Shown here: positions 14,567 to 24,675 of the stretch, one piece after another
Numbering within the stretch: position 1 is the stretch's first letter
Layout: the number at the start of each line of letters is the position of its first letter
NCBI RefSeq assembly: GCF_964204645.1
Contig: NC_134033.1
Coordinates: 5,666,231-5,730,230 of the forward strand
Source of the DNA: Tubulanus polymorphus
Taxonomy: Eukaryota; Animalia; Nemertea
DNA: 64,000 bases
Reading direction: 5' to 3'
Translations under genes and position numbers: made by a program
The notes under the pieces: generated by a model
The model's input: only the letters and a program-made list of their open reading frames with translations
Database searches by the model: none
What the model was told of the DNA's origin: nothing

Positions 14567-14939
14567 TGATCTTCACCGAACTGGTAGCGTTTTATCATCT
14601 CAATTTCAAATGAACACCTATCAATTTGTGACGTCTTTGGAACCCGTAGGTTGAAAAATTGTTATCGAAAGTGGCCACCTGCCAGTTTCATCATATTATT
14701 ATGATGAAGTTGGCCTATTATTATTTTCCAACTATTTAAGGCCACGCAAAGAAATACCCTAGTTTCGCACGAAAGTCAAATCCCGTTTAACACAAATTAG
14801 AACCCGCTCGCCCACATAGCTGTATATAGTGCACGGGCGTTTATATGCTCATCCTCGACAAACTGGTAATCCACATTTTACATTAACAACAACAGCGGCA
14901 CGGTTCGTTCCCATTTACTTCATTTCGAGGAAGCGTGGA

Positions 14940-15067
14940 AATGAAAATCGGTCGGTTCAAGTTTCCAGTAAGCATTTTCTCAAAAACTATACACACTCAC
15001 CCTTTCCAAGATTTCCCAATTTTTTGAGAAAATGCTTACTGGAAACTCGAACTGACCGATTTTCATT
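14940..15067. repeat. Inverted repeat/hairpin, 47-bp arms with 2 mismatches
   Basis: 14940-14986 (aatgaaaatcggtcggttcaagtttccagtaagcattttctcaaaaa) is the reverse complement of 15021-15067. It sits in a probable MITE starting aggccac at about 14739, similar to the element at about 6270-6422. Confidence 0.85.
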
Positions 15068-16064
15068 GAAATGTAGTTGGCTGACGCGAAAACTGAAACC
15101 TACTTCCGGTAACGAACGTTAGGCCTATAACACGTATTCATCCAGGAGCCAATTCTACATTATTTTCGTCTTGTCGCTGTTCGCCGTAATGGCTTTAATG
15201 AGAAGATGCTATTTCTTAAAACCGTTAAACTTCTACCGGTATCCAAGAATTCCAGATTAATTTGTTGTTTTTGCGACCTGTCTAAGTCATTATCAACGAC
15301 GGACAAGCACCATGTTCACAACGCTGTTTCTGGAAGCTCGTATGATGAAAGTATTTGTACATCATAGTACCGTAGAACAATGGTCTACTAGTCCACTGAG
15401 CCAGAGGTTACACAGTTTGTCGCATACGCGTATTAAACAGTCGTTTCTTTCGTTTGTGATTTGTCGGCGTTGATCGACGGAATTCGTCTCTACGAGATGC
15501 TCGGTTTTTTATTTTAACAAATTCAAGAATTGTCTACACGCACGGGCAACCGACTGTTTGTCATGCCATCTGGCGAGTTGCCGATGCCCTTCTGACAAAC
15601 GCGGCTTCTAGTGACATGCTAATGAAAAGCTTTGAAGATCTGAAGTTTAGGTTGCTGTAAATAAGCTGTAAATTGCTGTATCGTTGTTTCTCGAATAAAT
15701 CGGTTCATTTTCAATGAAATTTGAACTTGAATTTTATTCTTCCAAAAACGAAACTCATCATGCAAGTCCGCACATTGGATATATTGAACAATCACTTTCT
15801 TCCTCAGTGTATGGTTCTGTTTTCGTCGAAAATGTATTCACTAATGAGAACAATAAGGAAATTGAAGCGCGGTAACCCTGTGTCGCTAGCGATTGTGGCG
15901 GATTATCACTGAATCCTCGCTTCCCTCGGTATCATTGCCAGTATCCCATTAGAATCGATCTTAGAATTATTCAAATGCAACAAAGGACGAATACTATCTG
16001 ATAGAGGATGAACATAACTCTCTCCTACGATGGGTCCATCATGATAATAGCCAGAACGGCGTTA

Positions 16065-16568
16065 AGCCTGGCGCACACGAGGCAATTTGCAGTCGCCGGT
16101 TGCTGCGACTGATTTTTGAGCAACCGTTGAGCAATCGATCGCTAGGTGTCGCCCGTATGCGACCACTGGCGACGGAGAGGCGATTATTTTTCGCGCCAAA
16201 CATTTTTATCATGTGACTTGTCAAGATGCCCACGCACCTATCCCGGGTGATGCCGTATTTGGAAGTATCACATGATAATTATTCGTTTAGTCATTGGCTA
16301 GGTTGATGAGGTGCTCGTTGCTTGGCGTCTCCAGCTACCGCACACGGGCAACTCCCGAGCGATCGCCGAGCAATTTCTCGGCGACAAGCAATTTTCCGTC
16401 GCCCAATATCAAACATGTTTGATATTGGGCGACACGGAGCAATTCCTTTCGACAACGAGCAATCGCAGTCGCCCCTTGCCGCAGACGAGCGATTTCTTCG
16501 TTCGACGCCGAGCAATTCGGGTGGTTGCTCGAGAATTGCTCGAAACTGTCGGCCGTGTGCGCCAGGCT
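16065..16568. mobile_element. Non-autonomous PIF/Harbinger-type MITE 1 (504 bp)
   Basis: 15-bp TIRs agcctggcgcacacg / cgtgtgcgccaggct. Flanked by TTA at 16062-16064 and 16569-16571. Internal gagcaa sub-repeats, no transposase. Confidence 0.88.
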
Positions 16569-16571
16569 TTA

Positions 16572-17291
16572 AGGCTGGCTTATGTCGACAAGCAGCGCGA
16601 CGCCTACCGACTCCTACCGACGCAACTGAGAGCAACCGCGATCGCAGCCCAGCTTATTTCGACTGCGCTCCGATTCGCAGCAACTGAGGCCGACTAGCGG
16701 GATATGAGATCTTCCCAGTTGCTTCCCTGCTTATGTCGGTTGCGACTGCAACGGCTCAAATGGTCACGTGATAAGCATTTTGAGAATAAATTTGAACAAC
16801 GTGCTAGCGACATCTATAAAGATGGCCGCTCACACCATAATTCTACCAATTTCGTTTCTAGATCTTTGGTCCAGTCCTCTGCCGTGCTGAAGGTTTGGTT
16901 TACGTTTTGAACTACTTGAATTTGAAAGTTTATGACTAATTACGATTGACGCTAACTAGCGGTGATAATTTGTACTATGTATATGCGGTCTCTCATTGGC
17001 TGGAACCCCTGCGCTCAGTTCCGTCGCGTCGCAAATGAGCTTATGTCGGCTGCGACCGAAAGCAACTGCCCGCCTACCGTAGGCCGGAGTAGAACATGGG
17101 CAACTAGCCGGATACGGCTTGCGACGAATCGGTAGGCGTCGGTAGGCGTCGCGTTGCCATCACAAGCCGGCTTATGTCGAACCGATAGAGCAGCAACTGG
17201 CGGCCTCTCGTAGGCCGCTAGTTGCCGCTAATCGGCGATAAACCCAGTTGCGTCGGTAGGCGTCACGTTGCTTGTCGACATAAGCCAGCCT
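16572..17291. mobile_element. Non-autonomous PIF/Harbinger-type MITE 2 (720 bp)
   Basis: 40-bp TIRs aggctggcttatgtcgacaagcagcgcgacgcctaccgac with 2 mismatches. Flanked by TTA at 16569-16571 and 17292-17294. Confidence 0.9.
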
Positions 17292-17756
17292 TTAGGCACG
17301 GTGGTAATGAGAACAAAATGTGTTAATCGTTGACAATGTTTTAGTGACCTCGCATCAGATTTCGATTTCTCGTAAGCCCTTACGGGCGCGCTTAGTTGGT
17401 AGATCGTTTCGCCTTAAGGCAATGCGTCAAGAAACGGCTCGAGCCTAATCGCGATGAAAATAAACAAGTGGCTAACGAGTGTGAACATTAAATATTGTGT
17501 TTGTACCAGTGTTGTGGATATCATGTCAAAAGGCAGCCGGTTGATGTGGGATATAAACTCGTGCTACAACATTCTGGTTAAGTGGACCGAATAAACACAA
17601 AATCGAACGTTTTCAACAGAACTAGAACTTCGTTCGCAATTTCCGCATTGTTCTCATGAATAAATTATAAATATGTTGATACACGGCAAATGCAAACACC
17701 AGACTTTTAGACATACAACCGTATGCTTACCGGTTTTGTTGATGTGTTGATGGTAA

Positions 17757-18341
17757 TGTTGTGGAGATAGTTTAGTAGTTTAGATAAATGTACGGAAGCT
17801 GGAGTTCATGGCCAGTGTTGTTATTGCCAGACAACCTGCGTTGATGCGTACGTCATACATAAACATAAATAGAAGTTATATAAATAAACAAGTCTGGAAC
17901 TGACGTATGTATCTACGTAGGTAAACCTAATATGGCGCTGCCATGAGCTCTGATGAGTGCAAAGGGATATTAGATAATTGTGACGTGTGCAGATACGTCA
18001 TCACCCATACATGGATGGGAGGAATCCATGAATTCCAAGCCATGTGTGGAAGAGGGCCTGTACACGTTACTAAACATAAACTAATATAAAAGGGTTTAAG
18101 AAAGCTTTATAGGGAGGCTGGAGAGGTTTTAGGGAGAGCTCCGGGGAATGATCTTGTATACACCTGGTAAGAGGAAATAAACGAAAAGATAACTTAAGAT
18201 ATTGTTAAGTTATATCCGGGAGCCGTGTAAGAAAGTCAAGACCAAGGACTGAGATCTGACCTAAGAGAGTTTTCCTCGCAACATCATTGAGAGAATCATT
18301 ACCACAACGCTAGTTGGAGAACCCAACCCGGATCCACAACA
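17757..18341 (+). mobile_element. LTR-like sequence (about 585 bp)
   Basis: Begins TGTTGTGGA and ends TCCACAACA (TG...CA with 9-bp inverted ends). Internal TATAAAA (about 18086) then AATAAA (about 18176). TGG-starting PBS-like words follow. No clean TSD found. Confidence 0.55.
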
Positions 18342-20537
18342 CTGGTAGATATACGCGACTGAAACATTGGTGGCGAATCCATACCCACAACAGTAAAAAA
18401 CTTACCATCAACACTAGTCTTAAAATGTGTTAAGAGAATCACTCGAAACGTTTTAAATTGGGAATGAACTATACAAACACCGGACATCAGACATTATATC
18501 AGCTCACTTTCAAAACGAATCGTCCACACGTCACCTGTGCTCAGAACTTCACCTGGGACATTTTCAATTGAAATTGAACTACAAAAACCAGGCATCAGAC
18601 ATTTATCAGCACGCTTTTAAAAACCAGATCGCCTGCGTTTTCACGCCACATGTGATCAAGAATTCACCTGAGACATTTTGATCTAAAGGGGGTACTAAAA
18701 ACAAACATCGCTTTTGAATGTTTACCTGTTTGCACGAAATCTATCCTTTGTTTGGTCATGGATCTTGGAATAGTTTCTCATTGTATAGGCACCAGTTTAT
18801 TGGGTGTCTAAAAACAAAAAAACTAAGGTATGAAAAACAAAGGTGAATAGATAGTGAGTAGACAATTTGAGCAAAACCAAGCCATAACCAAAACAGTGAG
18901 GAAATATGACTAATTACTTTACAAACACGACTGACAATACATTTCTACACAAAACAATAAGTTGCTATATATACTGTGGTCTTCTCTCTATGTAAGGCTG
19001 TAAAAAAATCCAAAACACATTTCGCAGCTGCATAAGAAAGGCTGCGCTACAATAATTCACTCGTGAATGTGTGTTTGAATGATTGAAGCCTGTGATATAT
19101 ATAATTCCAAGTAACGTTATTTTCAAATCGGGGATTCTGTGAGAATACGCCGTGAGGATCTGCCGTCGGCTTTTGACTAAATCGATTATCGTATATAGAC
19201 GCAAAGCAGCGATAACTGTTTTTCTACATCTAATCGAATTGAAGGATATTCTAGAAAATGACAAAGAAAAATCGAAGCTGGTGTTGAAATTGGAGGAATG
19301 GAGGTCGTTACTGAAATGGGTGTATTCGTGTATTCACGAAGCCACGCTCTGTCTTTGGCGCCTAAATGAAGTCATGAAGAAACGATCCGCGCGATGTCCT
19401 ACAACAATTGTATACGTATCCAAAACAGGATTTGATTTACGGGGCGTTTTTTAGTAAATCGTGACTTAGGATGGACAGAAAATACATATTAACTACCGAT
19501 TCAGGGTCTATTGTTATATTTCTGTCAGAATCTAACATTGGGCTTGTTAGCTGTTAGTAGTCAGAACTGATAGGATATATATTTTATGAACGGTTGCTGG
19601 CTGGAAAGGGGAAGAAAAACAATAATCACGAGAAAAACATTAGGGTTTTCTGCATAATGGGCATTTTGTCGAATGGATAAAAAAGCCCACACGCGACGTT
19701 ATAGCTATTTTGGTGCTCTTGGACTGGCAATTGCATTTCAGGGCCTACACGTCATAAGTCGATATTAAGAGCGGTATGTCAGTACCTCATTGGTTAACAA
19801 AGTTCTTTAACAATTTCTTCATTTCATAAGTATTTCTTAGGATATTTTTCTCGATAGCCAGAAACTGGTTACCTTTACAAAATAATCTTATATCTCCATT
19901 CAAAAAAATTTTCACCTGATACGTTTTTATCACATTTTTTGATAAAAATGAACTACAAACACATTTTAAGCACAATGTCGAAAACTGATCGTCCACACTT
20001 TGTGTTCAGGATTTCACCTGACACATTCTTAATTGAAAATGAACTACAAACAACAGATACCGGGTATTAGACATTCTATCAGCACACTTTCAATAACTGA
20101 TCATCCACACTTCACATGTGTTCAGTATTTCGTCCGAACCTTTTTCGATTTTCGATGTTCTCTCTGATCATAGATAAAATCAAATTAAAACCTTATCATT
20201 GTATTGCGAAAGGCTAATGAGTGTGAACAGCTAAAATGTGTTTATTCCAAAATATTTTTTTTTCGGCGAAAATTATGTCGGTTGGTTGGTCTGGGCACGC
20301 CACGACATCCAGATCAAGGGGACTCGACAAACACAGAATCGAACGATTGTTGCAACTTCATTCGCAGTTTCCGTATTGTTCTGATTGTGCCTGGCCGGTG
20401 CTGCAAACAATTCGTATTGTCCACAGAAAAAGCACCTGTTCGTACAACATTTCTATTTATGATCGCACCGTTGACTGTTTTTCCTCATTCATTCGAGACA
20501 TTTCGGATTTGCAGAATTCTATTCGAAGATATTCGCT

Positions 20538-23500
20538 ATGATAAAGGTGAGCTGACGACGGGGAACCTGGAGCGTTTTTTTTAATCTCCGATTTCTCAGT
20601 GAAACCGGCCTTGATTCCGGATTGACGCTCCTTATATTCAAAACTTACAAGCTGTCTGTACGTAGGCCTTCTGTGATGGTATATCATCATACGATATGAT
20701 TTGAAAGAAAACTTTTAAAACTTCTCGAATATCTTATGTGCCGCGTGTACCTTTGCTGATCTCATATAATTTGAAAATTGATATTCTTCGCAACATTGAT
20801 TTAATACTCGACTTATGTAACGCGAAAGGTTTTTGCTAACATTCGGAAATATTGACTTCGCAGCTTTAGACGATATGATTTTTCGTACAAAGAAACGTAT
20901 TGCCAAATTATCTAGCAATGGTGAAATCTGTAATTTTCTGATGTTAGGCCTCGACGAAGAAACCACAGTGGAAACTATTTCAACATTATGCAAAAAATAC
21001 TTAATTCTTGAAAGTTTCCAATTTGGCAAACGCAGTGCTTCTCTTTTGGGCGAAATTCCGCCAGGTTTACAGAGACCTACCACGTCGACGCTCGAGTTAT
21101 TCTTTGACCACGAACTATACATAAATAGAATGATGGTATCTGAGCATTTCTTCCTTTTTTTCACAGGAACTTTTACTGGTTCTGGTGATAGGCCAATACG
21201 TGCTAGCTGACTCGATATCTGATTTTGAGACTGAAATGCTGGAAGGACACAACGTTATAAGAAAAGAAATAGGCTTGTCTTATTTGGTAAGTATCCAACC
21301 GTCTATCCTGCCTTGATTCAAATTAGTCAGTCTTTCGAGTATGGGGTCTCTCACCAGTCGGTCGGTCGGTCGGTCGGTCGGTCGGTCGGTCGGTCGGTCG
21401 GTCGGTCGGTCGGTCGGTCGGTCGGTCGGTCGGTCGGTCGGTCGGTCGGTCGGTCGGTCGGTCGGTCGGTCGGTCGGTCGGTCGGTCGGTCGGTCGGTCG
21501 GTCGGTCGGTCGGTCGGTCGGTCGGTCGGTCGGTCGGTCGGTCGGTCGGTCGGTCGGTCGGTCGGTCGGTCGGTCGGTCGGTCGGTCGGTCGGTCGGTCG
21601 GTCGGTCGGCTGGTGGAACATAGCAGTCAATCAGTCCGTTTTTCACTGGTCTCTCATTAATCCGGGGTTCGTGTGGTTGTACCACATTATCACGATATTT
21701 GGAGCAAAAGAGTGTTTAGCATAATTACAGAGGCAAGAAATAAATACATTCTAAAACGTAACATTCTTCATTCACTAGATTTTGAGTATCGGGTTAACTA
21801 AGGTAAGGTTGCGCCCCAAACAAGTCGAAACGAATTTTGCCAATTTTGCTGAAATAGATCATCCATTTTAGAAATGGGATGATAAATTGAAAAAGGCGTC
21901 GCTACGTTTAGCCAAGAAGTGCGAATTCAAACATTCCGACACTAAAGGCAAATACGGAGAGAACATCGCCTTGCACTCGGCAATGAAGGATGGCACCGAT
22001 GCTGCTGCATTCGCAGTGAGCGGTTGGAACGACGAAGAAAAATATTACGACAAAAAAACCGGCGAATGCAAAGGCGGCGTATGTCAGCATTACACACAGG
22101 TAGGCTTCCGAATTACGTGTAGGGCCTTACCTCGATTACGTAAATCACGGATTGCTTCAGGTAAGATGAAAGGGCCGCAGGACAAGGTTATACAAGAAAA
22201 CTAAATTGAAGCTTTATCGATTACTTGAAGAAAAATATAACACATATTTAAATCATATTATTATTGCCAACGAATTGCGTATAAATCATACTAAAGTAGG
22301 CCTGAGGATGAATTTGAGTATGTATTTGAGTATATATTCAATATTTTTATTGAATTGACAGGCAACCAGTCCAAATTGACTCGCAACTAGTCCAGCGTCG
22401 ATATGTGCATGGCGTAGTGCGCATTCTCTTGAAAATTGGTCATCAAATAGAAAATAAGAGTCATGCAAGAGATAAAACGGCAAGATTAAGACTTTTTCCG
22501 TTGAAAAAGGGTGTCTCCTGCAAATTATGATTTTATTTTCGATTTCGGGCACCGACCAGTGCTCAAAAGTAGTCATTCAAAAAATTCCGCGGAGAAGTGG
22601 ATCCGAGTTGATGCATTTTATTTGTTAAAGCAGTGTTAGCAGGAAGACAACTAAAAGCCCTTTCAGTGCGTCTACACTGCAGAGTACTTAAGCGGTGCAA
22701 CGAGAGAAATCCCACAATAAATTCAGCCAAAAATGAAAAGTCCAATGTTAAAAATGATTATATTTCGAGCAACGTCGAGTACGCCTGATGATGGCTTATA
22801 TTATTTAGCCGAAACGTTGCTCGAAATATTAACATTCTAATATCAAATTTTTCATTTTCGGCTGAATTCATTGTGGGATTTCTCTCTCGTTATTCATCAT
22901 ACACGGATATTGTGTATCTTCTCATCTCATTTAGCGTTGTGCGTTTCGAGTACTAATCGATCTGTACCGAAAGGGTAAAGCCTATAGAAGCGTGCATTAC
23001 AGTTTCGGTAATGATACGCAGCACAACCGTTTTACCTTTCACGCTTTGTGAATTCCTTATTAATCTATAAATGCGTTACCAAGCGGTCTCGATAGCTCAG
23101 TGAGATAAGGCGTGATGCTGTTCGCATCCGCTATCAGTGCTGAGTGACAAGCGGGTTCGGGTCCCAGTGTGCGGACAACATTTCAAAGGCTGTCCCGTCG
23201 TGAAACTAAATGAACGATCCAATAGGGTTAGCCTTGGTCAACCAGATCTAAACGATGTTAACATAATGGACACTGGAAGTTCAGTTTTTTGTATAGATAA
23301 ACTGAAAAGGTGAATAAGAGGCCTCGATCGAGGTCACGAGCTGGTTTATTCAATAATCTGAACTTATTTCAGGTCGTCTGGAAGAACACAACTAAAGTCG
23401 GCTGCGCATACAAAAAATGTACGAAACAAGCGGAAGGAACACTGGTATTCTGCCAATATACACCGGCGTAAGTATATACCATAGATATCATCTTCAGATA

Positions 23501-23803
23501 TGGGTTCTTAGGGAATAGTTGTGGTGGACGTGGGAGACTAGGACAGACACGTGGGTCCTTGGTGAACTCCTATCATAGCTGTGGTGGGAGTGGTGACTAG
23601 AACATACACAGGTTCTTTGTGAACTGCCCCCACAGCTGTGGTGGAAATGAATGACTAGAAACACTTAGGTTTTTGGTGAACCCCCTGGCTACTGTGATGG
23701 GTGTGAGAGACTAGAACGAATCCATGGGTTCTCCTACATACACATACATTTCTCATTTTATTTTTTTTCCAGTGGAAATTGTTATGGCGAAAAGGCGTAC
23801 TAG
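20538..23803 (+). CDS. Secreted CAP-superfamily (SCP/PR-1-like) protein 2, about 160 aa, 5 exons
   Basis: Exons 20538-20546, 21167-21286, 21872-22099, 23373-23467, 23773-23803, with the same intron phases as CAP gene 1. MIKELLLVLVIGQYVLA-DSISDFETEMLEGHNVIRKEIGLSYLKWDDKL...CEFKHS...YGENI...WNDE...[22 protein letters not shown]...FCQYTPAGNCYGEKAY*. Confidence 0.92.
21357..21608. repeat. Perfect (GTCG)63 tetranucleotide microsatellite in CAP-2 intron 2
   Basis: 252 bp of uninterrupted GTCG units. Confidence 0.98.
22699..22891. mobile_element. Penelope-like element remnant (imperfect inverted repeat carrying a hammerhead core)
   Basis: 22699-22775 is the imperfect reverse complement of 22814-22891. 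A CTGATGA...GAAACGTT core is typical of Penelope-like pseudo-LTRs. Confidence 0.6.
22760..22829 (+). ncRNA. Hammerhead ribozyme motif
   Basis: atatttcgagcaac-GTC(22774-76)-gagtacgc-CTGATGA(22785-91)-t-ggct[loop]agcc-GAAAC(22811-15)-gttgctcgaaatat. Complete catalytic core, 4-bp stem II and a perfect 16-bp stem III. Stem I is weak. Confidence 0.7.
23084..23180 (+). mobile_element. tRNA-derived SINE head
   Basis: A-box tagctcagtgag and B-box-like ggttcgggtcc. A second copy lies on the - strand at about 2135-2225 and shares gagtgacaagcgggttcg. No canonical cloverleaf. Confidence 0.6.
23515..23735. repeat. Dispersed tandem repeat, unit about 55-58 bp (gggttcttggtgaactcc...acagctgtggtgggagtg..gactagaac)
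   Basis: About 4 copies here, inverted copies at about 54290-54510, and a copy split by the LINE at 8885-8916/12225-12280. Confidence 0.75.
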
Positions 23804-24675
23804 ATCGATGCAGGCTTACTAGTAACGATCCATCGGCCATTCGAAATCATCACATTCATAGCAATCGATATTCTATCAATTCAAAAATCTATTTCAATCT
23901 GAATAAAATTGTATCCGAAATATCCGTCTGTTAATCTTTTCTATACTACGAGTCGAGTGAAACTTGATATCATCCAGAAGCCAGTTCCACATGTGGGTAT
24001 GTCGCATTTCGCTGCAGTCCCTCAAAGGGAAGAGGCTAGTTTTCAAAATCGGTTAAGCTCATACGAGAGAAGGGCTTGTACGATTTCTATGCAGTTTTCC
24101 GAAAGTCGAAAACATCGAGTTTCGTTCCGCGATGAACTGGTTTAGTAAGTTTAGTTTAGTTTTCAATACAGCAATAACGTCCCTCGGATAACCTCATTGG
24201 CTATGGTATGGCGCAAAGCTAGGATTCGAATAGGATTTTGATTAGGATTTAATTTACACTTCATTTCAATGGTACATGGAGGGAGTTTTATATAACGTAT
24301 ACAATATTTATAATCAACAGAAAATATTAACTTGTCTTAATAAAAGATTACAAAGTTATCAACAATATATACATTCACTATTTACAGCATACTAATTATT
24401 GGAGGGATCTGTGTACCGGATTTATGTACATCTAAGTTCGCAAGTTTGTTACACCATCTGGCGGGTATCCGTTTTCTATCGACTTAAATGTTAAGCCTTT
24501 AGTGAGCTATGTAATATTCCGATATGCTAAAACTATGGAAGAACTAAAATTTAGGTTTCTGTTACTATTTTTATTGCTCTAATATTCAAAATTGATTTCG
24601 AATGTATATATTTCAGAGTAGAAACGTATGTTTTTCAGTCGTCGTACGGAGGTCGTACGTATTCACCGGTGTTTA

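Larger units (their letters stand above)
15995..17474 (-). pseudogene. Degenerate paralog of the 2720-3664 GPCR (about TM4-TM7), interrupted by two MITEs
   Basis: 15995-16064 matches about 2825-2894 and 17295-17474 matches about 2895-3152, with an internal deletion and indels. The two halves join exactly across the MITE insertions. Confidence 0.85.

Noticed and set aside
16039-16910. ORFs within the MITEs as possible transposase
   Set aside because: Short, repetitive and lacking DDE or Myb-like motifs. The elements are non-autonomous.
1370-17960. Other CTGATGA words (about 1374, 1387, 12923, 17950) as hammerheads
   Set aside because: No stem II followed by GAAA and no pairing partner with an NUH site.
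20715-21210. 149-aa and 125-aa ORFs in CAP-2 intron 1
   Set aside because: No recognisable domain or codon bias. The + ORF overlaps real exon 2 in a different frame.
21280-21724. ORFs encoding (RPTD)n and (SVGR)n
   Set aside because: Translations of the stop-free (GTCG)n microsatellite inside an intron.
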